A stretch of DNA of 64,000 bases, taken from the NCBI GenBank assembly GCA_035388825.1, contig DAOOQQ010000019.1, forward strand, positions 225 through 64,224, given 5' to 3'. Source of the DNA: Candidatus Ozemobacteraceae bacterium (lineage in GTDB: Bacteria; Muiribacteriota; Ozemobacteria; Ozemobacterales; Ozemobacteraceae). Within the stretch, counting starts at the first letter, position 1, and each line of letters begins with the position of its first letter. Below, in pieces: positions 20,243-30,805 of the stretch. Made by a program: the position numbers and the translations under genes. The notes below the pieces were generated by a model, which did not search any database, was not told the origin of the DNA, and was given only the letters and a program-made list of their open reading frames with translations.

Positions 20243-21551
20243 CCGCCCCAGAAAGTTCGATTCCGGTTCCCGTCGTTCCGGTGGCCCCGGCCGCCCGCAG
20301 GGCGGTCGTGATACCAAGAAAAACGAGTGGTGGAGCGAGAAACAGGGTCTTCACAAGAAACATGGCGGCCAGTCCTCCCACGACGGCCCTCCGTTGCGGG
20401 AAAAGCGCGAGCGGTCCGAGCCGAAAGAGCCCCGTGAGCCGCGCGAGTTCCGGGGATCCCGCGATCCGCATGAATCACGCGGATGGCAGGGGGATTCCGA
20501 GAACCGTGAGGCGCCGCGCCGGCACGAGGGGGAACACCATGGCCCCCGCCGTGACGACCGGGGGGCCGGTGGCAGGAAGAAGTTCGGAAAGCCGGATGGT
20601 TTCAAGAAGCGGTTCGAATCGGGCGAGCCGAGGGGCGAGGCCAGGCATCACGGGGAAAAACGGGAGTTTGCCCGTCACGACGAGCGTCGAGAGCGGTTCG
20701 GCGGCGAAAGAAAGCCGACCCGGCGTGATGACCAGGGCTTCGAGCCGGTTCGCCGGCCTCCGGCAGCGCCTGACCTGGGCCAGACCGGTGGTGAAGACGA
20801 AGCCATGTGGATCGTCGGCCGACATGAGGTGCAGGAGCTGCTGAAGACCGGAAAGCCGGTCGAGGCGATCGTCATCGCCGACTCGGCGCATGGGGAGGCG
20901 ATCCGCGCGATTCGCGAGGAAGCCCACCGCCGCCGGCTCAAGCTGCAGGTCGTGCCGGTTCAGGCGTTCCGGCGCATGCATGGGGACGATACGCAGGGGG
21001 TTGCGGCCCGGACGGGGGCTTTCGAGTATGCCGATCTCGACGCTCTGCTTGACGCGTGCGACAAGAACCCGGAAACCGTGCTCGTTGCCTTGAACCACGT
21101 GGAGGATCCGCGCAATCTCGGGGCGATCGTGCGCACGGTCGAGGCGGCCGGGGCGGCTGGCATCATCATTCCGAGAGAGCGTGCCGCGGGCATGACGGGG
21201 GGGGCGATTCGTACAGCCCAGGGGGCCGCTTCCCATCTCACCGTGGCTCGTGTCGTGAACCTCGGCGTGGCACTGGAGCAGGCGAAAAAGCGGGGCTACT
21301 GGGTTGTGGGTCTCGAGGGCGGGGCGCCAAAGCGGTATGACGAGATCCGGTACACGGGAAAGGTACTGCTCGTGGCCGGCGGCGAGGATGTCGGGCTGGG
21401 TGTCCGCATTGCTGGCGCGTGCGACGAGGTGGTTTCGATTCCGCTTGGGGGCAAGACCGCGTCGCTGAACGTTTCCGTCAGTACAGCGGTCGTCCTGTTC
21501 GAAGTCTTGCGGCAAAAGGGGTTTGGGGTTGGCCGCGCGCCGGAAAAATAG
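20232..21551 (+). CDS. rlmB: TrmH/SpoU-family 23S rRNA (Gm2251) methyltransferase RlmB-like with a ~190-aa low-complexity N-terminal extension
   Basis: The C-terminal 250 aa contain the SpoU methylase motifs (LDGVEDPRNLGAIVRT-like: ALNHVEDPRNLGAIVRTVEAAG; GGE; SLNVSVSTAVVLFE); the N-terminal region is R/E/G/K/H-rich with no predicted fold; AAGGAG SD 9 nt before ATG 20232. Confidence 0.75.
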   Translation: MSSDRPRKFDSGSRRSGGPGRPQGGRDTKKNEWWSEKQGLHKKHGGQSSHDGPPLREKRERSEPKEPREPREFRGSRDPHESRGWQGDSENREAPRRHEGEHHGPRRDDRGAGGRKKFGKPDGFKKRFESGEPRGEARHHGEKREFARHDERRERFGGERKPTRRDDQGFEPVRRPPAAPDLGQTGGEDEAMWIVGRHEVQELLKTGKPVEAIVIADSAHGEAIRAIREEAHRRRLKLQVVPVQAFRRMHGDDTQGVAARTGAFEYADLDALLDACDKNPETVLVALNHVEDPRNLGAIVRTVEAAGAAGIIIPRERAAGMTGGAIRTAQGAASHLTVARVVNLGVALEQAKKRGYWVVGLEGGAPKRYDEIRYTGKVLLVAGGEDVGLGVRIAGACDEVVSIPLGGKTASLNVSVSTAVVLFEVLRQKGFGVGRAPEK

Positions 21552-21638
21552 ATATTGACTTTCGATCGAACATCCTCTATAATCGCCAAATACCGGTGGC
21601 CTTGCCGGTACGTTCTTTGACCAATGCATCTCAAACAT

Positions 21639-21711
21639 GCCGATGTAGCTCAACTGGCAGAGCATCTGATTTGTAATCAGAAGGTTGTGGGTTCGATTCC
21701 CATCGTCGGCT
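21639..21711 (+). tRNA. tRNA-Thr (anticodon UGU)
   Basis: Cloverleaf: acceptor gccgatg/cgtcggc, D-arm tagctcaactggcagagca, anticodon loop ttTGTaa, T-arm gtggg-ttcgatt-cccat. Confidence 0.85.
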
Positions 21712-21724
21712 TGTGCAGATACCT

Positions 21725-21807
21725 GGATGGGTGCCCGAGTGGCTAAAGGGGGCAGACTGTAAATCTGTTGGCTCGCGCCTACGGTGGTTCGAATCCATCC
21801 CCATCCA
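21725..21807 (+). tRNA. tRNA-Tyr (anticodon GUA)
   Basis: Acceptor ggatggg/cccatcc; anticodon loop ctGTAaa; long variable arm; T-loop ttcgaat. Confidence 0.85.
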
Positions 21808-21813
21808 TTTCTC

Positions 21814-21886
21814 GCCCGTGTAGCTCAGTCGGTAGAGCACTTGCATGGTAAGCAAGAGGTCGCCGGTTCAATCCCGGCCGCGGGCT
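21814..21886 (+). tRNA. tRNA-Thr (anticodon GGU)
   Basis: Acceptor gcccgtg/cgcgggc; anticodon stem cttgc/gcaag with loop atGGTaa; T-arm gccgg-ttcaatc-ccggc. Confidence 0.85.
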
Positions 21887-21924
21887 TTTATTCACACCGT
21901 TCATACTTCATCAGGAGGGCCCAC

Positions 21925-23118
<1,194 letters not shown>

Positions 23119-23130
23119 TCCGTAACGGAG

Positions 23131-23165
23131 CCCCGGGGCGGGGCAACCGCCCCGGGGTTTTTCTT
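23131..23165 (+). terminator. Rho-independent terminator/attenuator between tuf and rpmG
   Basis: ccccggggcgg-ggcaa-ccgccccgggg stem-loop followed by tttttctt. Confidence 0.6.
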
Positions 23166-23209
23166 CCGGCCCTGTTCGTGGGTCGAATGTTCCGAAAAGA
23201 GGGAGTCCT

Positions 23210-23359
23210 ATGCGAGAACAGATCAATCTGGTGTGCACGAGCTGCAAGCGCAAGAACTACACGTCCATGAAGAACAAGCGCAATGACCCGGACCGCATCG
23301 AGCTGAGCAAATACTGCCCGGCGGAGCGGAAGCACACTCCCCACAAAGAGGGCAAGTAA
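23210..23359 (+). CDS. rpmG: 50S ribosomal protein L33
   Basis: 49-aa [52 protein letters not shown] with the L33 Cys knuckle; missed by the >=60-aa ORF track; canonical position between tuf and tRNA-Trp/secE. Confidence 0.8.
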   Translation: MREQINLVCTSCKRKNYTSMKNKRNDPDRIELSKYCPAERKHTPHKEGK

Positions 23360-23432
23360 GCATCCCGGACCGCACGGAGAGAAACCAGCGCATCAAACGC
23401 TGGTTTTACCGTCAAAGTACATCTGAAGGTTT

Positions 23433-23505
23433 AGGGCTGTAGCTCAATTGGCAGAGCACCGGTCTCCAAAACCGGGGGTTAGGGGTTCGATTCCCTTCAG
23501 CCCTG
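23433..23505 (+). tRNA. tRNA-Trp (anticodon CCA)
   Basis: Acceptor agggctg/cagccct; anticodon loop ctCCAaa; T-loop ttcgatt. Confidence 0.85.
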
Positions 23506-23538
23506 ATGGCACAAGCACACTGAACTATAGAGGGGCAC

Positions 23539-23766
23539 ATGGATAAGTTACGCGCCTATTGGAAAGAATTGTCCCGGTTTCTGATGGAAGTCTGGATCGA
23601 GGTTCGCCCCGAAAAGGGTCGCGTGGCCTGGCCGACGTTCGAGAACATCAAGCTCTCGACGAAGGTCGTCATCATTTCGTCCATCGGTGTCGGGCTCTTC
23701 ATCGGTGTCCTCGATGTGATCTTCGGTGAAGTGCTGAAAGTCATCGTAGGTGGCGGGAAGGTCTGA
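23539..23766 (+). CDS. secE: Preprotein translocase subunit SecE
   Basis: 75 aa; a single C-terminal TM helix; conserved position upstream of nusG. Confidence 0.8.
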   Translation: MDKLRAYWKELSRFLMEVWIEVRPEKGRVAWPTFENIKLSTKVVIISSIGVGLFIGVLDVIFGEVLKVIVGGGKV

Positions 23767-23768
23767 CA

Positions 23769-24314
23769 GTGAACATCTCCAGAGCAAAATGGTATGTCAT
23801 CCATACCAACTCCGGGTCTGAGTACAAGGTGAAGGCCAACCTGGAACACCGCGTCCAGCTCCTCGGAAAACAGGAACGCATCTTCGAGGTGCTCGTTCCG
23901 ACCGAGAGTGCCGAGCGCGTCCAGGACGGCGAGCGCGTCACCCAGACCCGCAAGATCTATCCCGGTTACGTTCTCGTCCAGATGAATATGGACGACGATA
24001 CCTGGACGGTCGTGAAGAACACCCCCGGCGTCACCGGGTTCGTCGGACTCGGCGACAAGCCGACCCCGCTTCACGAGAAGGAAGTCCAGAATGTCCTTCG
24101 CACGGCCGGCATCGGCCCGCAGCGTTCTGCGGCCATGACGCCGATCGGTTTCACCGAAGGTCAGACGGTCAAGATCATCGACGGTCCGTTCACGGATTTC
24201 ATCGGTGTCATCAAGGAAATCAATCAGGAAAAGCGCAAGGCCAAGGTGCTGGTCTTCATCTTCGGACGCGACACCGCAATCGAAGTCGATCTGATCCAGC
24301 TCGAAGAGTCCTGA
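23769..24314 (+). CDS. nusG: Transcription termination/antitermination factor NusG
   Basis: NGN domain (KWYVIHTNSGSEYKV) and C-terminal KOW (GQTVKIIDGPFTDFIGVIKEI). Confidence 0.9.
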   Translation: MNISRAKWYVIHTNSGSEYKVKANLEHRVQLLGKQERIFEVLVPTESAERVQDGERVTQTRKIYPGYVLVQMNMDDDTWTVVKNTPGVTGFVGLGDKPTPLHEKEVQNVLRTAGIGPQRSAAMTPIGFTEGQTVKIIDGPFTDFIGVIKEINQEKRKAKVLVFIFGRDTAIEVDLIQLEES

Positions 24315-24348
24315 CGCTCTCCCCTAACGTTCGAAGGAGTACGAGAAA

Positions 24349-24774
24349 ATGGCCAAGAAAGTTACCGGTTTCGTCAAACTGCAGATTCCCGCCGGCAAGG
24401 CAAACCCGGCTCCCCCGGTCGGTCCGGCCCTTGGCCAGCACGGCGTCAACATCATGGACTTCTGCAAGAACTTCAATGCCAGAACGTCCAAAGAAGGCGA
24501 TGCCGTCATCCCGGTCATCATCACGGTCTACAGCGATCGGTCTTACACGTTCATCACCAAGACCCCGCCCGTGGCTTTCCTTCTGAAGAAAGCCGCGAAG
24601 ATCGAGAAGGGCAACGCCACCTCCGGCCGCACCAAGGTCGGCAAGGTCACCCTCGCCCAGGTCACCGAGATCGCCAAGCGCAAGATGCCCGACCTGACCG
24701 CCGGCTCGATGGAAGCCGCGATCAGCATGGTCAAGGGCACCGCCCGCAGCATGGGCATGGAAGTCATCGACTGA
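24349..24774 (+). CDS. rplK: 50S ribosomal protein L11
   Basis: [44 protein letters not shown]. Confidence 0.95.
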   Translation: MAKKVTGFVKLQIPAGKANPAPPVGPALGQHGVNIMDFCKNFNARTSKEGDAVIPVIITVYSDRSYTFITKTPPVAFLLKKAAKIEKGNATSGRTKVGKVTLAQVTEIAKRKMPDLTAGSMEAAISMVKGTARSMGMEVID

Positions 24775-24839
24775 TTGTGATATCATTGACTGCCCGATTG
24801 GGCGGTTGATCCCTGAAGAAAGGAGGAAACATTACCCGT

Positions 24840-25559
24840 ATGCCGAAACACTCCAAGCGTTTTACAGCTCTGAAAGACAAGCACGTCGCCCTGGGTCAGG
24901 TCTCCATCCCGGAGGCAGCGTTCGAGAAGGTCGTGGCCTGCGCGTCGGCCAAGTTCGATGAAACCATCGACATCGCCATCCGCACCGGTCTCGATCCGAA
25001 GTATGCCGATCAGCAGCTGCGTGGCAGCGTTGTGCTGCCCCATGGCGTAGGCAAATCCTGCCGTGTCGTAGTATTTGCCGCTGGCGAGAAGGCCAAAGAG
25101 GCCGAAGCTGCTGGAGCAGACTTCGTTGGTGCCCAGGACCTGGTTACCAAGATCGAAGGAGGCTGGACGGAGTTCGATGCCGCCGTGGCGACTCCCGACA
25201 TGATGAAGTTCGTCGGAAAGCTCGGCCGCATTCTGGGCCCCCGCAACCTGATGCCCAACCCCAAGGTCGGAACCGTGACCATGGACATCGGAAAAGTGGT
25301 TCAGGAACTCAAGTCCGGTAAGGTGCAGTACCGCGTCGAGAAGGCCGGTATCATCCACTCGATCATTGGCAAAGCCTCGTTCGGTGCGAAGAAGCTGCAC
25401 GACAACTTCCTGACCTTCTTCCAGGCCATCAACAAGGCCAAGCCGTCCGGCGCCAAGGGCACCTACATCAAGGGCTGCACCATCAGCTCGACGATGGGCC
25501 CTGGCATCGATCTCGATGTCAACGCCGCGCGTGCCACGGTCGAGAAGATCGCCGTCTGA
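24840..25559 (+). CDS. rplA: 50S ribosomal protein L1
   Basis: 239 aa; L1 family ([32 protein letters not shown]). Confidence 0.95.
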   Translation: MPKHSKRFTALKDKHVALGQVSIPEAAFEKVVACASAKFDETIDIAIRTGLDPKYADQQLRGSVVLPHGVGKSCRVVVFAAGEKAKEAEAAGADFVGAQDLVTKIEGGWTEFDAAVATPDMMKFVGKLGRILGPRNLMPNPKVGTVTMDIGKVVQELKSGKVQYRVEKAGIIHSIIGKASFGAKKLHDNFLTFFQAINKAKPSGAKGTYIKGCTISSTMGPGIDLDVNAARATVEKIAV

Positions 25560-25773
25560 TACGTTTTCCCGCTTCCGGTCGCTGACGCGGCCTGAAGCTG
25601 TTCTGAGTCGTAGACGCGGGTCCGATGCGTTAATCGGCTCGATCCGAAAGGGTCGGCCGGCCTGCCGAGACTGATGAAACCTCGTTCGATCACGAAGGGT
25701 TTCCGGTTTCGGACCGGAAACCCTTTTTGATTTCGATGCAAGACACAGCCACCGAAGGAGGTGACTCAACGAA
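25560..25773 (+). promoter_or_regulatory. Probable L10 (rplJ) leader with attenuator hairpin
   Basis: 214-nt untranslated region before rplJ containing the hairpin gggtttccggt-ttcgg-accggaaaccc plus ttttt (25698-25735); position is the known site of the L10-L12 autoregulatory leader. Confidence 0.4.
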
Positions 25774-26304
25774 ATGGCAGATATGAAACTCAAGGAATCC
25801 TACATCAAGGAACTCCAGGAGAAGCTCTCGAAGGCCAAGGTCGTCATCGTGGCCGGGTGTGAGGGCGTGACCGTCGATGAGATGAACGCCGTCCGCAAGA
25901 GCATCCGCAATCTCGGCGACGAGATGAAGGTGGTCAAGAACAAGCTCGCCCGCCGCGCGCTGCACGATCCGCAGCACCAGGCGCTCGAACCCTTCCTGAC
26001 CGGCGAGAATACCGTGACGTTCGGGTATCACGACGAGGCGGCGCCCGTGAAGGCGCTGTTCGAGTTCGCGGAGAAGGCCAAGAAGTTCCAGTTCAAGGCC
26101 GGTCTCCTCGGCGACAAGGTGCTCACCGTGAAGGATCTCGAGGCTCTCTCGAAGCTTCCGGGCAAGCAGCAGCTGCTCAGCATGCTGCTCTCGACCATGG
26201 TCGGCCCGATCCGGAACATGCTCTCCGTCTCTCAGGGCCCGATCCGGAAGTTCGCCTACGCCCTGCAGGCTCTCAAGGAGCAGAAGGAAAAGGCCGCCGC
26301 CTGA
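25774..26304 (+). CDS. rplJ: 50S ribosomal protein L10
   Basis: 176 aa; L10 family. Confidence 0.9.
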   Translation: MADMKLKESYIKELQEKLSKAKVVIVAGCEGVTVDEMNAVRKSIRNLGDEMKVVKNKLARRALHDPQHQALEPFLTGENTVTFGYHDEAAPVKALFEFAEKAKKFQFKAGLLGDKVLTVKDLEALSKLPGKQQLLSMLLSTMVGPIRNMLSVSQGPIRKFAYALQALKEQKEKAAA

Positions 26305-26382
26305 ATCGGCGCCTGACCCTGTTCTATATTGTTACGAATCTTTCGAATTCATCGAAACAAGCACATAAGAAGGAGTTAGAAA

Positions 26383-26751
<369 letters not shown>

Positions 26752-26768
26752 TCCCCGCTGTTTCAGAA

Positions 26769-26803
26769 CCCCCGCACGGCTACGGCCGTCGCGGGGGTTT
26801 TTC
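26769..26803 (+). terminator. Rho-independent terminator after rplL
   Basis: cccccgcacggc-tacg-gccgtcgcggggg stem-loop followed by ttttt. Confidence 0.6.
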
Positions 26804-26858
26804 CATGTCTTGATATTTTACTTGGTGTATATGAGACAGCACTCAATGTTCAAGATCA

Positions 26859-27075
26859 ACGCACCACAGAGACGCAGAGACACAGAGTTTCGGAGAGGCT
26901 TTTTCTCTGTGCCTTGATGGCATGATAAGCGAAGAACCCTCCTTCATACTCGTCGGGTGGCCCCGGTCGTTCGTTCCTCCCGATTTTTCATCTGCGTTCA
27001 TCTGCCCACCATCTGCGGATGCGTACCTGAATCTCAGCGTCTCCGTGTCTCTGTGCCTCTGTGGTGAAGCGTTCC
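26859..27075. repeat. MITE-like composite repeat element (module A, partial A', module B' and module A')
   Basis: caacgcaccacagagacgcagagacacagag ... tttttcatctgcgttcatctgcccaccatctgcggatgc ... tctccgtgtctctgtgcctctgtggtgaagcgttc; the 3' half is near-identical to 50135-50255. Confidence 0.65.
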
Positions 27076-27125
27076 CCCGCATCTCTGAGAGGCGATATTC
27101 AGGCGAATCGATTCTGCCTGCGAGG

Positions 27126-28739
27126 TTAGAACGATTTGGGGATGTCGTTGCGGAGCCAGAACCAGACGCCGACGATGTTCACGAGACGATACTCCTTCTC
27201 GAGGAAGCCCTGGAGGCGGTCGCGCGTCGCGCGGTCGATGAAACCGGTTTTCAACAGATGGCTGCTCAGGACCGTCCGCTCCTGCTCCGGGTACCGTGAA
27301 AACGGAAAGTTGGCGATGCGGTTCTGCGAGGAGATGATGAGCGGCCTTCGCGAAATCAGTTGTTCGGTGAAGCTGCCGAGTGGTTTCTGGAGATCCCCGT
27401 GCAGGACCGGAAACTCGAGGAAGTTCCAGAACCAGGCATGATCGAAGCCCGTGGCGTTCTTGCACAGGATCGGGTGATCCGGATAGATGAGGCTGACCGG
27501 CCCGCGCTCGGCAAGCGACTGGAGAATGTCGATCTGGACCAGCTTCTCGTAGAACGGCGCCCAGGCCGCATACCGGATGTAATACTGGGACGGCAGCAGG
27601 AGGACGACGCAAGTGACGGCCAGAAAAACGAACTTTCCCTTCCGGACGAGCTCCCGCGCCGCCTCTTCCCCCGAGGGGGCCAGCGCCGTTGCCAGAAGAA
27701 GGGTGGACAGCTGGAGGTGATACAGGAATTTGTGCGGGCTGAGGAGCATGGGAACGACGCTTCCGATGCTGGCTGCCGCGAGGATGCCGCGGCGTCTCCG
27801 TTCGTCCGGGTCCGTCCCCGGCCATCTCCACCAGATGACGATCGTCGAAAATATTAAACTTACTGGAATATATCCTCCCGGCGGCTGGTAGGACTGGAAC
27901 TTGCGGTTGAACGTGAACGTTCCGTAGAGACACGCTTCCACGAGATCGTACCTGACCAGCCAGAGTGCCAGAGGGAGAAGGCCTGCTGCGACTCCTGCGG
28001 ATAGTGCGACGAGACGCCGGAAGGCGGAAGCGATGCCTGGAAAAGGCCGGCAGAAGGCATCGGCAAGGGCGGCACAGCCGAGCAGAAAGCCGACTTTCGG
28101 TGTCAGGGAAAGCGCAATTCCGAGAAACAGTCCCGCCGAAAACCGTATCCCGAGAGAGTCTGGACTGGCCGAGAGCAGCAGGATCAGTCCGGTGAGAACG
28201 AAGGGCGCCGCGACCAGATCGGGCCGGATGTAGTTCCACTGGAACGGGATCAGCATGGCTGCCCAGAAAAACAGAAAAACCGCCCGGGAGGGAGCCTGCC
28301 CGCCGTGGAGCCGGCTGCTCAGCTTCCAGGCGAGAACCCCGGAAACGAGAGCGATCGTGAGACTGGCCAGCCGTGCCGTTTCGAGAAGGCTGGAGCCGGC
28401 ATCGAAGAGGCGCGTGACGGGCGCGAGAAGGAACCAGAGGGTCGGAAGATGGTGCTGCCAGAAGTCTCGAAACGGAAGAAGGCCCTGGGAAACCTGCCAG
28501 GCGCAGTTCAGATGCTCGACCTCGTCGTGATCAAGATGCATGAACTGCCAGGCGAACAGCCCGGCGAGAACACTGCCAAGGCCCAGAACCCCTTCGAGCC
28601 GGCGATGACGAGGCCCGTCCGAAGCGAAAACGAACGGGAAAACGACGCGGGCAAGGAAGACGACGAGAAGGATCGGGAGCAACTTTTCGACGACTCCCGA
28701 GAAAAAAAACGATCGAAGATAGAATTCGAGTGGGTTCAT
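27126..28739 (-). CDS. Polytopic membrane protein, GT-C-fold glycosyltransferase-like (ArnT/PMT/DUF2142-like)
   Basis: 537 aa with >=10 predicted TM helices and an acidic motif in the first loop (HLDHDEVEH); topology resembles lipid-linked sugar transferases; family assignment not certain. Confidence 0.45.
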   Translation of the reverse strand: MNPLEFYLRSFFFSGVVEKLLPILLVVFLARVVFPFVFASDGPRHRRLEGVLGLGSVLAGLFAWQFMHLDHDEVEHLNCAWQVSQGLLPFRDFWQHHLPTLWFLLAPVTRLFDAGSSLLETARLASLTIALVSGVLAWKLSSRLHGGQAPSRAVFLFFWAAMLIPFQWNYIRPDLVAAPFVLTGLILLLSASPDSLGIRFSAGLFLGIALSLTPKVGFLLGCAALADAFCRPFPGIASAFRRLVALSAGVAAGLLPLALWLVRYDLVEACLYGTFTFNRKFQSYQPPGGYIPVSLIFSTIVIWWRWPGTDPDERRRRGILAAASIGSVVPMLLSPHKFLYHLQLSTLLLATALAPSGEEAARELVRKGKFVFLAVTCVVLLLPSQYYIRYAAWAPFYEKLVQIDILQSLAERGPVSLIYPDHPILCKNATGFDHAWFWNFLEFPVLHGDLQKPLGSFTEQLISRRPLIISSQNRIANFPFSRYPEQERTVLSSHLLKTGFIDRATRDRLQGFLEKEYRLVNIVGVWFWLRNDIPKSF

Positions 28740-29545
28740 CCGGATGAACCCGGAACTTCATTCATCACCCCGCGGCGGTATCCTTCCTGAGCGATCTCGA
28801 CAAGGGTGAAGCCGAGGGCTTCGAACCGGGGGAGAAGCCCGGGAAGAACCGCTTCGAGGCGGGCGACTTCTGGGGCAGGGACTTCGAGCCGGGCGTAGCT
28901 GCCGTGATGGCGCACCCGTGCATCCGAGAAACCGGCTTCCCGCAGGATCGTTTCGCCTTCCTCGATCTGGCGGAGCATCGGTTCCGTCACCGGCGTGCAG
29001 AAGGGAATGCGGGTTGCCAGGCAGGGGCCGGGGGGACGGATGAGATCCGTCGCGTTCCAGGCCGCCAACGCGTTCCGGATCTCCTGCTTGCCGAAGCCGG
29101 CGATCTCGAGGGGACTGACGACGCCCAGCTCGGCGAGGGCGCGGCGGCCGGGCCGGTGGTCTCCCCGGTCGTCGACGTTCGATCCGTCGGCGAGAAGCCA
29201 GCCTTCGGGCTTGAGGCCGAGGAGGGTGCCGAACACGTGTTTCTTGCACAGATAGCAACGATCGGGCGGATGCTTCGAAAATGCCTCGAGATGCAGAACC
29301 TCGAGCGGGACCTCGACGAGATCGAGACCGTGTTTCATCGCTGCCGCCCGCGCCGATTCGACTTCGTGGCGCGGCATAACTTCCGAGACGATGAGAAAGG
29401 CCCGGGTGTTGCCACCGAGTATGCGTTTCGCCGCGATGGCCAGGAAGGCGCTGTCCATGCCTCCCGAGTAGGCGACAGCCACGCCGGGCTGGCGCGCGAG
29501 CCAGGTGTTCAGGGCGTTCAGGGCATTGCTGGTGCCGGTATCCAT
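28736..29545 (-). CDS. PP-loop ATP pyrophosphatase, LarE/TIGR00268-like sulfur transferase
   Basis: SGGMDS PP-loop after the ATG at 29545; conserved Cys (CYLCKK); ~269 aa; the upstream ORF-track extension to 29623 is not needed. Confidence 0.55.
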   Translation of the reverse strand: MDTGTSNALNALNTWLARQPGVAVAYSGGMDSAFLAIAAKRILGGNTRAFLIVSEVMPRHEVESARAAAMKHGLDLVEVPLEVLHLEAFSKHPPDRCYLCKKHVFGTLLGLKPEGWLLADGSNVDDRGDHRPGRRALAELGVVSPLEIAGFGKQEIRNALAAWNATDLIRPPGPCLATRIPFCTPVTEPMLRQIEEGETILREAGFSDARVRHHGSYARLEVPAPEVARLEAVLPGLLPRFEALGFTLVEIAQEGYRRGVMNEVPGSSG

Positions 29546-29650
29546 GGTGGCGGCAGTATATCCCAATCTGCCCTTTCCCGCAGCCCCGACCGCATCTTCT
29601 GGATACGAAAGCCGCTTCACCACAAAACAGCCAAGACAAGAAAGAGATAC

Positions 29651-29722
29651 GCATCACAGAGGCACCGAGACACAGAGGAAAAGCCTCTTCGAAGCTCTGT
29701 GCCTCGGTGTCTCTGTGGTGCG
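29651..29722. repeat. MITE-like repeat, module A hairpin
   Basis: gcatcacagaggcaccgagacacagag ... agctctgtgcctcggtgtctctgtggtgcg; sits in the divergent intergenic region between the LarE-like gene and the agmatinase gene. Confidence 0.6.
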
Positions 29723-29878
29723 TTGTTTTTTTGCATACCAGGCACCAAGGAAAAAAATGACGGTGATAAATGGATGGGAACTTTGGTGGTGTATCAGAGA
29801 TTCCAGCGGATGGGGCGCGGAGACGGAGGGGGGAGGTGTGGTATGATGGGCGCCTGAATCTTCCCCCACGGAGGTCGC

Positions 29879-30799
29879 ATGTCCCTCGATAAACTGCATT
29901 TCCGCGGCGGCTACAACTTTCTTGGCCTGCCCGCTGACGAAACCCGCTATGAGAACGCCCGCGCCGTCATTCTTCCCGTTCCTTACGACAGCACGACGTC
30001 CTATCGCGCCGGAACCCGCGAAGGGCCGGCGGCGATCCTGATGGCATCGCGGAACGTCGAGCTCTACGATATCGATCTCGACTGCGAGCCGCTGAACAGC
30101 GGTGTCTGCACGTTGCCCGAACTCGAGCCCGACATGTCCGGGCCGCAGGCGACGGTGAAAAACGTCGAGGCGGCCGTCGCTGCCATCTGCGGGGATCACA
30201 AGTTTCCCGTGGTGCTTGGCGGTGAGCACAGCATCTCGACCGGCCCGATCCGGGCCCTGCGGAAGAAATACGGCGAGGAGTTCAGCGTCCTGCAGCTCGA
30301 TGCCCATGCCGATCTCCGCGACTCGTTCGAGAACACGCCGTACAACCATGCCTCCGTCATGCGCCGGGTCTTCGACCTGGCCGAGCTGACCCAGGTGGGC
30401 ATCCGCAACATCTCTTCAGGCGAAATGGAGTTTGTTCGGGAAGCCCGTCACGATGGCATCTTCTGGGCGCACGACCTGCAGGGCTCCGCGGATGAATGGA
30501 TCCCGCGCGTCGTGGACAGGTTGAAAAAACATGTCTATATATCGATTGATCTTGATGTGTTCGATCCGTCGATCATGCCTGCCGTCGGCACCCCCGAGCC
30601 GGGTGGTCTCCACTGGTATCCGGTGCTCCGGCTTCTCGAGACGGTCGTCACGAAGCGCAACGTGGTCGGGTTCGACGTGATGGAATTGTGCCCGATCCCC
30701 GGCCAGATTGCCGGCGACTTTTTGGCCGCCAAGCTCGTCTTCAAGCTGTTGGGGAAGGTGTTCGCGCACAACGGCTGGATCACACGGGACGAGGCCTGA
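29879..30799 (+). CDS. speB: Agmatinase (arginase/ureohydrolase family)
   Basis: Mn-binding motifs GGEHSIS, LQLDAHADL and SIDLDVFDPS. Confidence 0.85.
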   Translation: MSLDKLHFRGGYNFLGLPADETRYENARAVILPVPYDSTTSYRAGTREGPAAILMASRNVELYDIDLDCEPLNSGVCTLPELEPDMSGPQATVKNVEAAVAAICGDHKFPVVLGGEHSISTGPIRALRKKYGEEFSVLQLDAHADLRDSFENTPYNHASVMRRVFDLAELTQVGIRNISSGEMEFVREARHDGIFWAHDLQGSADEWIPRVVDRLKKHVYISIDLDVFDPSIMPAVGTPEPGGLHWYPVLRLLETVVTKRNVVGFDVMELCPIPGQIAGDFLAAKLVFKLLGKVFAHNGWITRDEA

Positions 30800-30805
30800 T
30801 CCGCC

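Noticed and set aside
21784-21924. N-terminal extension of tuf across the tRNA genes
   Set aside because: The EF-Tu consensus N-terminus MAKE… starts at 21925 with a strong SD. The extension covers tRNA-Tyr and tRNA-Thr.
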